Source of the DNA: Deferribacterales bacterium
Lineage (GTDB): Bacteria; Chrysiogenota; Deferribacteres; Deferribacterales; Geovibrionaceae
Assembly: GCA_050253075.1 (NCBI GenBank)
Contig: JBFWJS010000004.1
Location: forward strand, 64,001 to 128,000
Length of the DNA: 64,000 nt
Reading direction: 5' to 3'
Positions 30,329 through 40,112 of this stretch are shown piece by piece; positions within the stretch are counted from its first letter, which is position 1; every line of letters starts with the position of its first letter. The notes under the pieces are model-generated. The model was not told the DNA's origin. It worked only from the letters and a program-made list of their open reading frames with translations, and did not search any database. Both the position numbers and the translations under genes were made by a program.

Positions 30329-30426
30329 CACCTGTATGCAAAACACAAAGCAGTGAACGTAAGCAATGTACCACGCTTTACGCATCACGTTGTGATGCTT
30401 GCAATATTAATAGATAGGAGATTTAA

Positions 30427-30618
30427 ATGAGCATCAAAGACATATTAAGACTGGTTCCCGGGATATTCATCCTTTTCAGCGTTTTCATGGGCATCTATGT
30501 AAACAAATGGTGGCTGGCACTCGCTGTATTCGTAGGGCTGAACCTTCTGCAGTCCGCTTTTACAAAGTGGTGTCTGCTCGAGGACATCCTCCGCAAGATG
30601 GGCATCCGCGAACAATAG
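30427..30618 (+). CDS. DUF2892 (YgaP-like) small membrane protein
   Basis: FVGLNLLQSAFTKWC motif, two TM helices, AGGAG RBS. Confidence 0.88.
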   Translation: MSIKDILRLVPGIFILFSVFMGIYVNKWWLALAVFVGLNLLQSAFTKWCLLEDILRKMGIREQ

Positions 30619-30630
30619 CAGAAAATATAA

Positions 30631-30680
30631 GTCATAATGAGGAAGCCCTCCGGCTGACGTAATGATCTCGGCAGAATGAC
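30631..30680. repeat. REP-like element
   Basis: gtcataatgaggaag...gacgtaatgatctc..agaatgac. Confidence 0.65.
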
Positions 30681-30730
30681 ATGGTTAATAATTTATGGCG
30701 CAATAGATAGTTATCGGCTATCATACATCT

Positions 30731-31762
30731 ATGAGTATTTTCAAGCTGGAGTTAAGCTATAAAAATCTGATGGTGATAGCCGCGGCTGTTCTCGTCCTGT
30801 CGCTGATATACAGGATACAGTCCATCATATCCATATTTGCCGTGTCTTTCTTCATCGCATACCTTCTGGATCCGCTGATAGACAGGATAGAAAAGCTGAA
30901 GATCCCACGTGTGCTCGGCATACTTATCCTAATAGCCCTACTTTCAATACTATTAGCGTTGTTCTTCATAGCCTTATTCCCGCTTTTATACTCAGAGGTG
31001 AACTACCTCGCATCATCCGTTCCGAAGGTGGTTGCGTCACTCACAGACACAGCGCAGCACATGGCTGAAAGGCTGAACATAGACATCACTCTAGACAGCT
31101 TAAAGAATCAGCTCGCCCCCAAAGCAGGCGAGATAGCAAAGCAGACGCTGAACGCCGTTGAAGGACTTCTTGCGTCCGCCACCACAGCCGTCGGAAGCAT
31201 TATAAACCTTGCCATCGTGCCTATACTCATCTTTTACTTTCTGAAGGATTTCGACAGACTGAATAACAAGCTGTATGAGATCATAGGCAGAAAGGAAGAC
31301 GGCGAAAAACTAAAAAGATACCTCACAGAATTCGACACCATCCTCTCGGTATATTTCAGAGGACAGGTGATAGTGGCCGCCATTCTGGCTGTCTTATACA
31401 CTGCCGTACTGCTCATCGTGGGTGTTAAGCCTGCGGTGCTCATAGGGCTTGTCTCGGGCGTACTGAGCATCGTGCCTTATCTCGGGTTCATCATCGGCTT
31501 CGGCTCGTCTCTGATACTTGCGATAGTACAGTTTCAGGACATACTGCACCCGCTGATGGTCGTGGCGGGCTTCGCCATAGTACAGATGATAGAGGGGAAC
31601 TTCATCACTCCGAAGATAGTCGGTGAATCCCTCGGACTGCACCCGACAGCGGTGATATTCGCTCTCCTTGCGGGCGGTTCGCTTTTCGGCATCGGGGGGA
31701 TGATAATAGCCCTTCCCATCGCCGCATTCATTAAGATTTTGATAAAAGAGCAGATAGCATGA
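30731..31762 (+). CDS. AI-2E (PerM) family transporter
   Basis: AYLLDP, YFRGQ, VPYLG, QMIEGNFITPKIVG, GLHP, GMIIALP. Confidence 0.92.
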   Translation: MSIFKLELSYKNLMVIAAAVLVLSLIYRIQSIISIFAVSFFIAYLLDPLIDRIEKLKIPRVLGILILIALLSILLALFFIALFPLLYSEVNYLASSVPKVVASLTDTAQHMAERLNIDITLDSLKNQLAPKAGEIAKQTLNAVEGLLASATTAVGSIINLAIVPILIFYFLKDFDRLNNKLYEIIGRKEDGEKLKRYLTEFDTILSVYFRGQVIVAAILAVLYTAVLLIVGVKPAVLIGLVSGVLSIVPYLGFIIGFGSSLILAIVQFQDILHPLMVVAGFAIVQMIEGNFITPKIVGESLGLHPTAVIFALLAGGSLFGIGGMIIALPIAAFIKILIKEQIA

Positions 31763-32457
31763 AAGTAGAAGGAAAACTCTGGATAGACATCAACGGACTA
31801 GGCACGGCTGGGCAGGTGCGCATACGCCTCCTCGAGCTGATAGCAGAAACAGGCTCCATAAATAAAGCCGCACAGACCATAGGCATGAGCTATAAGGGCG
31901 CATGGGACAACATCAACACCCTGAACCAGATATTCGGCAAAGACCTCGTAGAGCGCAAAATAGGCGGTAAAGGGGGCGGTGGAACAGTCCTCACCGAGCA
32001 CGGAAAGAACCTTATCAAAACATATAACCACTACAGCCGTATCCACGAGCTGTATCTCACAGACATATCACTGATGAACTGCGTAGAGGCAGTCATCGCA
32101 AGCGTCACCCCCGACGGATACGCCACGGCAAAGACCACAGGCGGAGAGACCATCGCATGCGTGCTGCTCGACAGCGATATAAAAGCCGAAGACAGCGTGA
32201 ACCTCTTCATAAAACCGTCCGACATCATACTGCTGGACAGCGACAATTTTGAATCCAGCGCCAGAAACCTGCTGAAAACAAAGGTGAAATCACTGAGTAA
32301 ATCAGAAGGAAAGGCAGATATAGTCCTCACTACGGATAAAGGCACGACACTCACCGTGCGCATCACTCAGCAGAGTGCCGAAAAGATGAAGATATCCAAA
32401 GGGAAAGAGATTTTCGCCCTGTTCAAGACAGCTTCCGTACTAGCTGCCCACAGGTAG
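31759..32457 (+). CDS. modE: ModE-type molybdate-responsive regulator (HTH + TOBE)
   Basis: ETGSINKAA..MSYKGAW, GGKGGGGT.LT, SSARN TOBE motif. Confidence 0.85.
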   Translation: MKVEGKLWIDINGLGTAGQVRIRLLELIAETGSINKAAQTIGMSYKGAWDNINTLNQIFGKDLVERKIGGKGGGGTVLTEHGKNLIKTYNHYSRIHELYLTDISLMNCVEAVIASVTPDGYATAKTTGGETIACVLLDSDIKAEDSVNLFIKPSDIILLDSDNFESSARNLLKTKVKSLSKSEGKADIVLTTDKGTTLTVRITQQSAEKMKISKGKEIFALFKTASVLAAHR

Positions 32458-32459
32458 AT

Positions 32460-34574
32460 CTAGAGTACTTTCAGGAATGTCACGCGGATCTTTTTCAGAC
32501 CTGCGGATTTAAAGAAAACATCGGCGTTTGCACTGTCGCCCGTGCCTGAGATGGCGACGACCATCCCCTCACCAAATTTATCATGGGTCACTTTCGTTCC
32601 GTTCTTTATACCGTTCACTTCCACTACTTTCTTTGTATAGGTCGGCTTTGTCGCTTTCGGCAGAGGCATGTTTGCACTCTTTGGTCTGCTGAAGCCCAGT
32701 ATGCCCATTTCGTCTATGAAGACAGACCTGTTCTGAGGCATGTATTTACCGTATATCATACGTGTGGATGCATATGTCATGTGCAGATTCTGCTTAGCAC
32801 GGGTAACCCCCACATAGCAGAGTCTGCGCTCTTCTTCCAGCTCGTCGGGCTCGTCCAGCGAACCGTGCAGAGGGAAAAGTCCGTTCTCCAGCCCGGTCAG
32901 GAATACCGTCTCGAACTCCAGCCCCTTTGCGGAGTGTATTGTCATAAGCTGAATGCAGTTTTCAGCAGGTTCGTCAGATGATGTGGCTATCGCCGTAGCA
33001 GCTAGGAAGTCTGTAATGAGAGCATATTCGTTGCTCATCTCAAACGACACTGCGGCGTTGTAAAGTTCGTCGATGTTGCTTATACGGCGTTCGGCTTCCT
33101 GCTCGTCCTCATAGCGTTTCACATAGTCTTTATACTCTGTCATGTCTATGACGGTCTTCACCATCTCGCTTACTTTCAGACATGAGGACAGCTCGTTGAA
33201 CACGTTCAGGAACTTGCGGAATCCGTCTTTCTGCGCACCCCTTATCTGGTCGTTCATGGCATATATCGCTTCGAGTATGCTCATGCCGTTCTGGGATGCG
33301 TATTCGCCCACTTTATTTATGGTGGTGTCGCCTATGCCCCTCGGCGGAACCTTGATGGCACGTCGGAAAGATACTGAATCATATGGATTATCAAACAGCC
33401 TGAGATAGCTGAGGATGTCTTTGATCTCTCTGCGCTGATAGAATCCCACGGATCCGATGACCTTATAGGATATCCCCTCTCTGTTCAGCAGAACTTCGAA
33501 GTTTCTCGACTGTCCGTTTGTGCGGTAAAGGACGGCTATCTCGTTCGCCTTTACGCCCTCGGCGAGGTATTTATTCACCTGATCGACGACAAAATCTGCC
33601 TCGTCTGTCTCTCTGGAAACAGGGAGCACCTGCACCATCCCGCCCTCTTCACGGAAGGCGATGAGGTCTTTCCCTTTACGCAGTTTATTGTTTTTTATCA
33701 GCTTGTTCGCAGCTTGCAGTATCTGCGGGCGGCTGCGGTAGTTTTCTACGAGTCTTATTATCTTTGTCCCTTCGAATACGGTGTCGAACTCGAGGATATT
33801 GCGGATGTCCGCACCCCTCCATCCATAGATGGACTGGTCGTCGTCGCCCACCACGCAAAGATTTCCTGCATTGCCTGCGAGCAGATGGAGAAAGAGGAAC
33901 TGGATATCGTTCGTATCCTGATACTCGTCCACCAGTATGTACTGAAACAGCTCTTTGTAGTATGCCACAGTCTCGGGATGCTCTTTAAACATGCGGATGG
34001 TCAGTGCGAGCATATCGTCAAAGTCGATGAGCTTCTGATCTTTCAGACGCTGCTGATATGCGGCATATACATCGCCGAAGTGATATGTCAGCTCTTCGGG
34101 CTTCTTTCCGTCCACGTATGGACGTGTATTTTTATAAGCAGATATCATGTTCATATACTGCTTTGCGGGATATTTCTTATGGTCTATGTTCAGGTTCTTT
34201 ATGATGTCACGCAGGGTAGCCATCCTGTCGTCCTGATCGAGTATGCCGAATCCTGCTGCCAGCCCTGCCTTTTCAGGGTCACGGCGGAGCAGACGGAGGC
34301 ATATGCTGTGGAAAGTGCCTATCCAGATGTCCGCATCCTCATAGCTCACCAGCTTAAGGATACGCTCCTTCATCTCTCCTGCTGCCTTGTTTGTGAATGT
34401 AACGGCGAGGATGTTCCTCGACGGCACGCCGATATTATTTATCAGATGGGCGATGCGGTAAGTGATCACACGTGTCTTCCCCGTACCCGCACCTGCAAGA
34501 ACGAGCAGAGGCCCCTCTGTTGTGACAACGGCGTCATACTGCGCCTGATTCAGTTCGTGTTTATAATCAGGCAT
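32460..34574 (-). CDS. uvrD: UvrD/PcrA ATP-dependent DNA helicase
   Basis: AGAGTGKT, TFTNKAA, DEYQDTN, GDDDQSIYGWRGA, TIHSAKGLEF, EEERRLCYVG. Confidence 0.95.
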   Translation of the reverse strand: MPDYKHELNQAQYDAVVTTEGPLLVLAGAGTGKTRVITYRIAHLINNIGVPSRNILAVTFTNKAAGEMKERILKLVSYEDADIWIGTFHSICLRLLRRDPEKAGLAAGFGILDQDDRMATLRDIIKNLNIDHKKYPAKQYMNMISAYKNTRPYVDGKKPEELTYHFGDVYAAYQQRLKDQKLIDFDDMLALTIRMFKEHPETVAYYKELFQYILVDEYQDTNDIQFLFLHLLAGNAGNLCVVGDDDQSIYGWRGADIRNILEFDTVFEGTKIIRLVENYRSRPQILQAANKLIKNNKLRKGKDLIAFREEGGMVQVLPVSRETDEADFVVDQVNKYLAEGVKANEIAVLYRTNGQSRNFEVLLNREGISYKVIGSVGFYQRREIKDILSYLRLFDNPYDSVSFRRAIKVPPRGIGDTTINKVGEYASQNGMSILEAIYAMNDQIRGAQKDGFRKFLNVFNELSSCLKVSEMVKTVIDMTEYKDYVKRYEDEQEAERRISNIDELYNAAVSFEMSNEYALITDFLAATAIATSSDEPAENCIQLMTIHSAKGLEFETVFLTGLENGLFPLHGSLDEPDELEEERRLCYVGVTRAKQNLHMTYASTRMIYGKYMPQNRSVFIDEMGILGFSRPKSANMPLPKATKPTYTKKVVEVNGIKNGTKVTHDKFGEGMVVAISGTGDSANADVFFKSAGLKKIRVTFLKVL

Positions 34575-36321
34575 CCGCCACCTTCATACTTGCTATTGTT
34601 TTGTTATACTGCATGATGATGTCGCCCCTCTTGAGGAGTCCTTTCAGCACCATCCTGCCGTCTTCTATCTCTATAACGGGGAGAGCCCCGAGGTCTTTTA
34701 TACCCAGCTTTTCCGTAGCAGTGAGGAGAGTATCCCCCTCTGTCACGTATATCAGCTTTTCTCTGGTGCATATCTCGCCTGCGACGACGATATCCTCCAG
34801 CCCTTCTTCGAAAATTATCTCACGGATATTGTCCAGAGACAGCATCCCCACAAGGTATCCCTCGCTGCTGAGAACGGGGAAGTATGTGTGGTTAGCCAGC
34901 TTCACGCTTTCGAGCACCTGACGGAAAGGCGTGTCTTCTCTGAATGTTGTCACATCCTTCATCATAACGTCGCCCACATGGAGCTTCTCCAGCACAGATT
35001 CCTCTGCGCCCTTTCGGATGCGCACGCCCTGCTTTGTCAGTATCCACGTAAATATGGACTCCTTCTCCAGCCATCCCGCAAAGATATTGGCGACTATCGC
35101 CGTCATCATAAGGGGGAGTATGACAGTGTAGCTCTGGGTGATCTCGAAGATGATGAGCATAGCAGTAAGGGGTGCCCTGATAGTAGCGGCGAGCATTGCG
35201 CTCATAGCCACCAGGCCATATGCACCGGGGCCGCCCGTCATGGTAGGGAATATGAGGTTGACCAGCCAGCCGAAGAATCCGCCTGTGGCTGCACCTATGT
35301 AAAGCGAAGGAACGAACAGACCGCCCGAACCGCCCGAACCGAGGGTCAGGGATGTCGCTATTATTTTAAGGAAAACGAGTATAATGAGGAAAAAGCCCGT
35401 CTCGTGACGGAGGATAGAGTCTATCGTGTCGTATCCGACCCCCATTACATCACGGGAGGCGAGAGCCACACAGCCCATAAGCAGACCGCCCACGGCAGGC
35501 TTCAGCCAGCTGGGGAGTGCCATAGACTCAAACTTTTCCTCGAATCTGTAGAATGTACGTATAAATATGACACCGATAAATGCACAGAGCATGCCCATTA
35601 TGGCGTAAAGGGGGAGCTCAAAGATGCTGTGTATGATATATTCGGGTGCTTCAAATGTGAGATGGTCGCCGATGTATGCTCTGGAGACCACGGTTGCGAT
35701 AACGGATGATATGATTATCGGGCTGAATGTCTTAAGCCCGAATTCGCCGAGGAGAACCTCCGCAGCAAACATCGCACCGCCTATGGGAGCGTTGAACGTC
35801 GCCGCCAAACCGCCCGCAGCACCGCATGCCACGACAGTCTTCATTCTGGATGATGAAAAGTTGAAAACCTTCCCCACGCCTGAGCCGATAGCTGCGCCTA
35901 TCTGTACGATGGGACCCTCACGTCCGGCAGAACCGCCTGTTCCCAGTGTGATGGCGGAGGAAACTGCCTTTATGATGGCTATAGCGGGGGATATGCTCCT
36001 GTTCAGAGCAATCGCTTTTATAACATCAGGCACGCCGTGCCCTTTTGCGAATTTGAACATTATGGATATGAACCCCACCATGAGACCGCCGACGGCAGGG
36101 ACAAGGACTATCTTATAAACAGGGGCTGCCTTTAAAGCATCGAGAACGTATTCGCTCTTTGTACCATAGAAAAGATCCTGTACAAAGGCGATGAGGAAAC
36201 GGAAAACAAGGTTTCCGTAGCCTGCGCACACGCCGACAAGCACCGCGATTAAGACCATGTAGAGGTCGTCGTGGCGGTTTAAAAAAGACTTCAGGCTGTT
36301 TCGCGCGCTGTTTACGTTCAT
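34567..36321 (-). CDS. ClC chloride channel/H+ antiporter with CBS domains
   Basis: GHGVP, GREGP, GGLFVP; C-terminal CBS pair; start probably 36321. Confidence 0.93.
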   Translation of the reverse strand: MNVNSARNSLKSFLNRHDDLYMVLIAVLVGVCAGYGNLVFRFLIAFVQDLFYGTKSEYVLDALKAAPVYKIVLVPAVGGLMVGFISIMFKFAKGHGVPDVIKAIALNRSISPAIAIIKAVSSAITLGTGGSAGREGPIVQIGAAIGSGVGKVFNFSSSRMKTVVACGAAGGLAATFNAPIGGAMFAAEVLLGEFGLKTFSPIIISSVIATVVSRAYIGDHLTFEAPEYIIHSIFELPLYAIMGMLCAFIGVIFIRTFYRFEEKFESMALPSWLKPAVGGLLMGCVALASRDVMGVGYDTIDSILRHETGFFLIILVFLKIIATSLTLGSGGSGGLFVPSLYIGAATGGFFGWLVNLIFPTMTGGPGAYGLVAMSAMLAATIRAPLTAMLIIFEITQSYTVILPLMMTAIVANIFAGWLEKESIFTWILTKQGVRIRKGAEESVLEKLHVGDVMMKDVTTFREDTPFRQVLESVKLANHTYFPVLSSEGYLVGMLSLDNIREIIFEEGLEDIVVAGEICTREKLIYVTEGDTLLTATEKLGIKDLGALPVIEIEDGRMVLKGLLKRGDIIMQYNKTIASMKVADA

Positions 36322-36391
36322 CTTATTCACTTCTTTAAATAAAGGCAACGTATCGGTTTAAACCATTAGGACTGATGTGTCAAGGATGGAA

Positions 36392-36934
36392 CTACTTTTT
36401 GCCCAAATAGGCTTTGTAAGCCCCAAAACAAGCTATGGATATGCTGTGCACTATGCGTCCGTCGAGTATCATCTCCGCCACTTCTTCGACGGTGAATTCC
36501 ACAGGCTCTATATCCTCGAACGGGTCGAGGTTCTGCCCGCCGGTCTTTTCACAGTTTTCAGCCAGATAAGTATAGCAGATGTTGTCCATGAAAGCGGGGT
36601 TGGGCGACATTTCGCACAGGGCGGAGAAATCTCCGGAAAAGCCTGTCTCCTCCGAAAGCTCCCTTTGTGCTCCTTCCATAGGGTTTTCGCCCTCTTCCAG
36701 TGCGCCTCCGGGGAACTCGTATGCCACTTCCTGTGTGCCCACACGGTACTGCTTCACCAGCACCATTTTTCCATCTTTTGTGACGGGGACGATGACCGCC
36801 CAGTTGCGCATCTTCACAACGGTGAATGTGCCTGTGCTGTCATTCTTTTTAAAGTGAAAATTCCTGTGCTCCACACGAAGCACAGGGTCTGTATATACTG
36901 TCTTACTTCCGGTCAGGGTCCAGTTTTCTTTCAT
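36392..36934 (-). CDS. NUDIX hydrolase (ADP-ribose pyrophosphatase-like)
   Basis: VKQYR, EFPGG...GE.P..GAQRELSEETG Nudix box. Confidence 0.92.
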   Translation of the reverse strand: MKENWTLTGSKTVYTDPVLRVEHRNFHFKKNDSTGTFTVVKMRNWAVIVPVTKDGKMVLVKQYRVGTQEVAYEFPGGALEEGENPMEGAQRELSEETGFSGDFSALCEMSPNPAFMDNICYTYLAENCEKTGGQNLDPFEDIEPVEFTVEEVAEMILDGRIVHSISIACFGAYKAYLGKK

Positions 36935-37272
36935 TAAAGGATAAGACCCGAACCGCCGCCCTGCTGTCCGCCTCCGCCGAAGCCGTTCATGCTTGGGGCT
37001 CTTCTGATGTTTGTCTTTGTCTCTATATATTTATCTGCGAGGTCTGTCGGTACTTCTTTAAACTCGAAGAGGACATTAGCCAGAGCTATCTCGCCCCTGA
37101 CCTCATCCTCGAAAGGAAAGCCGAAAGGCACGATGGCGATCTGCATGCCGCCTGTCTGTGTCGGCATTACCTGAACCTGACAGATATTCCTTACAACGCC
37201 TGCTTCGGCATCTTTTTCAGCGAGGATCATTTCGCCCGATACGAGTTTCGCAAATACTATTTTATCACTCAT
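36934..37272 (-). CDS. Hypothetical protein, possible Sm-like/beta-barrel fold
   Basis: AGGAG RBS, 112 aa, KLVSGEMILA start, Gly-rich tail; stop overlaps the Nudix ATG. Confidence 0.75.
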   Translation of the reverse strand: MSDKIVFAKLVSGEMILAEKDAEAGVVRNICQVQVMPTQTGGMQIAIVPFGFPFEDEVRGEIALANVLFEFKEVPTDLADKYIETKTNIRRAPSMNGFGGGGQQGGGSGLIL

Positions 37273-37300
37273 TTATATATGCTCCTTTACTTATATCTAA

Positions 37301-37379
37301 GTCACTCTGAACGTATGTGAAGAGTCCGGGGACGGTATTTCAGCGTCGGGCTGAGTTCCTTCGCAGGGCTCAGGATGGC
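37301..37379. repeat. REP-like element
   Basis: gtcactctgaacg..gtgaagagtcc...gttccttcgc...ctcaggatggc. Confidence 0.65.
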
Positions 37380-37611
37380 GACGGGTGGAAAGTTAGCCGC
37401 ATGACTTTCATACGTGTAATAAATGCACTTCTGTTTAATATAGTAAAAAAAATATTAGTTCAATATGTTTCTATAAACATATGAGGCATAAAGCCTAATC
37501 ATATTTTGTGAGTAAAATTGCTGTCAGATGGGAAAAAATGAGCTTTTTCTTATTGACTTTGTGTCGCTTAGGTTTTATTAAACCAAGAGTAAGACTAACG
37601 GAGGTGCTATT

Positions 37612-37779
37612 ATGGCTTACACAATTAACGATAGCTGCACAAACTGCGGCGTATGTGAAGATGAGTGTCCAGTAGGCGCTATCACTGAAGGTGATGATGT
37701 AAGAGTTATCGATGGCGATACCTGCACAGACTGCGGCGCTTGCGCTGAAGTTTGCCCAGTTGATGCAATCGATGCTTAA
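37612..37779 (+). CDS. 2[4Fe-4S] ferredoxin (55 aa, missed by ORF track)
   Basis: GGAGG RBS; MAYTINDSCTNCGVCEDECPVGAITEGDDVRVIDGDTCTDCGACAEVCPVDAIDA with two CxxCxxCxxxCP motifs. Confidence 0.96.
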   Translation: MAYTINDSCTNCGVCEDECPVGAITEGDDVRVIDGDTCTDCGACAEVCPVDAIDA

Positions 37780-37808
37780 TTAATCTGGCAACAACTAACT
37801 TTTAATAT

Positions 37809-37836
37809 AGCCCTGTGCTTACAGGGCTTTATTTTT
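37809..37836 (+). terminator. Intrinsic terminator after ferredoxin
   Basis: agccctgt-gctt-acagggct followed by ttattttt. Confidence 0.75.
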
Positions 37837-37865
37837 AAATATAAATACTACAAGGATACTAGGAT

Positions 37866-38528
37866 ATGAGCATTCTTAAAACACTGAAAGAGGAGATCGA
37901 CACCGTTTTTGAAAGAGACCCCGCTGCGAAAAGCAAGATGGAGGTTATCTTCTGTTATCCGGGCTTTCACGCTATCCTTTTTTACCGTACTGCTCATTGG
38001 CTTTGGGTTCGTAAATTCTATTTTCTGGGAAGGTTTACTTCGCACCTCGGCAGGTTCTTCACAGGGATAGAGATACACCCCGGTGCCACCATCGGCAAAC
38101 GCTTCTTCATCGACCACGGTATGGGTGTGGTGATAGGCGAGACAGCAGAGATAGGCAACGACGTTACGCTTTATCACGGGGTTACCCTCGGCGGCGTCAG
38201 CCTTGAAAAGGTGAAGCGTCACCCCACCATCGAGGACAATGTCGTCGTCGGTTCGGGCGCAAAGGTTCTCGGACCTTTCACCGTGAAAAAAGGCGCAAAG
38301 ATCGGTTCCAACTCCGTAGTAGTAAAAGAAGTGCCTGAGGATGCCACTGTGGTCGGCATCCCCGGTAAGATCGTCAAAGGTGCAGACGACCGCAAGAGCT
38401 TTGACCACAACAAGCTCCCCGACCCCGTAGCAAGAGCCATCACAGACATGGCCACACGTATGTGCTATATGGAAGCGGAGATAAACGAACTCAGAAAAAA
38501 ACTTAAAAATTATGAAGATAACGACTAA
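37866..38528 (+). CDS. cysE: Serine O-acetyltransferase
   Basis: [34 protein letters not shown] hexapeptide repeats. Confidence 0.96.
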   Translation: MSILKTLKEEIDTVFERDPAAKSKMEVIFCYPGFHAILFYRTAHWLWVRKFYFLGRFTSHLGRFFTGIEIHPGATIGKRFFIDHGMGVVIGETAEIGNDVTLYHGVTLGGVSLEKVKRHPTIEDNVVVGSGAKVLGPFTVKKGAKIGSNSVVVKEVPEDATVVGIPGKIVKGADDRKSFDHNKLPDPVARAITDMATRMCYMEAEINELRKKLKNYEDND

Positions 38529-38943
38529 GAGCAGGTACGCTATACGCTCCATATTCGCCCTGGTTTTAATGGGCGGAGACGAGCGTCCCATAGCCCTGAC
38601 ACAGATAGCCGAGCATGAAGACATCAGCAGAAAGTATCTCGAGCAGATATTCATAAAGCTGAAAAAGGCAGGCATAGTCGAGGGCTCCAGAGGAGCACAG
38701 GGCGGATATATGCTGGCGAGATCACCCGAAAGCATAAGGCTGAAAGAGGTGATATACGCCATGGACGGCCCTGTGAAAATATCCGACTGCACACAGGAGG
38801 AGACATGCGACAACTTCTCATCCTGCGGGATAAACTGGCTGTGGAGCGGACTGAAAGAAACAGTAGATAACTATCTGGATAATATAACAATACAAGACCT
38901 AAAACGTCAGGCCTTTGGAGGAAAAGATGTCAATCTATCTTGA
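38512..38943 (+). CDS. Rrf2 family regulator (IscR-like, three Cys)
   Basis: [26 protein letters not shown]-x5-C-x5-C. Confidence 0.92.
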   Translation: MKITTKSRYAIRSIFALVLMGGDERPIALTQIAEHEDISRKYLEQIFIKLKKAGIVEGSRGAQGGYMLARSPESIRLKEVIYAMDGPVKISDCTQEETCDNFSSCGINWLWSGLKETVDNYLDNITIQDLKRQAFGGKDVNLS

Positions 38944-40084
38944 CTACAGTGCTACAACACCTATGGACCCCGCTGTTTTCGAGGCAATGAAACCTTATTT
39001 TGTTGAAAAGTTCGCAAACCCTTCAAGCATCCACTCAATGGGACGCGAGATAAGAGAGGATGTCGAAGCGGCCAGAGCAACAGTGGCAAAGTCTATCGGA
39101 GCCGAGGCACACGAGATAATCTTTACCGGAAGCGGTACAATAGCAGATAATATGGCAGTTCGCACAACGGCAGAGCTGTTTAAAAATAAAGGAAAACACA
39201 TCATCACATCCGCCATCGAGCACAAGGCTATCCTTGAGAGCTGTCATGTGCTGGAGGAGCAGGGATTCGAGGTGACTTACCTCCCCGTAGAGCCGAACGG
39301 CATAGTGCCCCTTCAGGCGGTGAAAGATGCTATCCGTGAGGATACCATCCTCGTATCAGTGATGCTGGTGAACAACGAGATAGGTACAATCCAGCCCATC
39401 AGAGAGATCGCAGAGATAGCCAAACCAAAGGGCATCATCGTGCATACAGACGCCGTGCAGGCAATGGGCAAGATGAAGATAGACGTGGGCGAGCTCGGCG
39501 TTGACCTGCTCACCATATCAGGACATAAGCTCTGCGGACCGAAAGGCATCGGCGTACTCTACATAGACGAAAACCTTAAAGAAGACTTCAAACCGCTCAT
39601 CGTGGGCGGAGCGCAGGAATTCGGCCTCCATGCCGGTACAGAAGCAGTCCAGAACATCATAGGACTCGCCAAAGCCTGCGAGCTCATCATGGCAAACCTT
39701 GAAAATGAAAAAGCCCATATCAAAAACCTCCGTGACCTCTTTGAAAAAAGACTGATCGAGGAAGTGGGCGACGTGAACATAAACGGCGACAGAGAAAAGC
39801 GTGTCTGCTCCGTGTCTAACCTCGCATTCAGATACATCGAGGCAGAGGCACTTATGATATACGCAGAGGAAGTCTGCTGCTCGACAGGGAGCGCATGCTC
39901 ATCCGAAAGCGTAGACGCATCACACGTGCTTTACGCCATCGGCGTAGACCCTGTGGATCTCCACGGTGCTATCAGATTCAGCTTCGGACGTTTCAACACG
40001 GAGGAAGAAGTGAACAGAGCCGTAGACATCATCAAAGACAGCGTAATAAAACTGAGAGCTATGTCTCCCCTTATAAATAAATAG
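38927..40084 (+). CDS. iscS: Group I cysteine desulfurase (IscS/NifS)
   Basis: [44 protein letters not shown] at 38927. Confidence 0.93.
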   Translation: MSIYLDYSATTPMDPAVFEAMKPYFVEKFANPSSIHSMGREIREDVEAARATVAKSIGAEAHEIIFTGSGTIADNMAVRTTAELFKNKGKHIITSAIEHKAILESCHVLEEQGFEVTYLPVEPNGIVPLQAVKDAIREDTILVSVMLVNNEIGTIQPIREIAEIAKPKGIIVHTDAVQAMGKMKIDVGELGVDLLTISGHKLCGPKGIGVLYIDENLKEDFKPLIVGGAQEFGLHAGTEAVQNIIGLAKACELIMANLENEKAHIKNLRDLFEKRLIEEVGDVNINGDREKRVCSVSNLAFRYIEAEALMIYAEEVCCSTGSACSSESVDASHVLYAIGVDPVDLHGAIRFSFGRFNTEEEVNRAVDIIKDSVIKLRAMSPLINK

Positions 40085-40112
40085 TGTATACTGCTGTTTA
40101 TTAAGGTGAGAA

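Noticed and set aside
33714..34616. 300-aa ORF on the + strand
   Set aside because: Antisense shadow of uvrD, with no recognisable motifs or RBS
37848..38813. 321-aa ORF on the - strand
   Set aside because: Antisense to cysE and the Rrf2 gene, with no protein motifs
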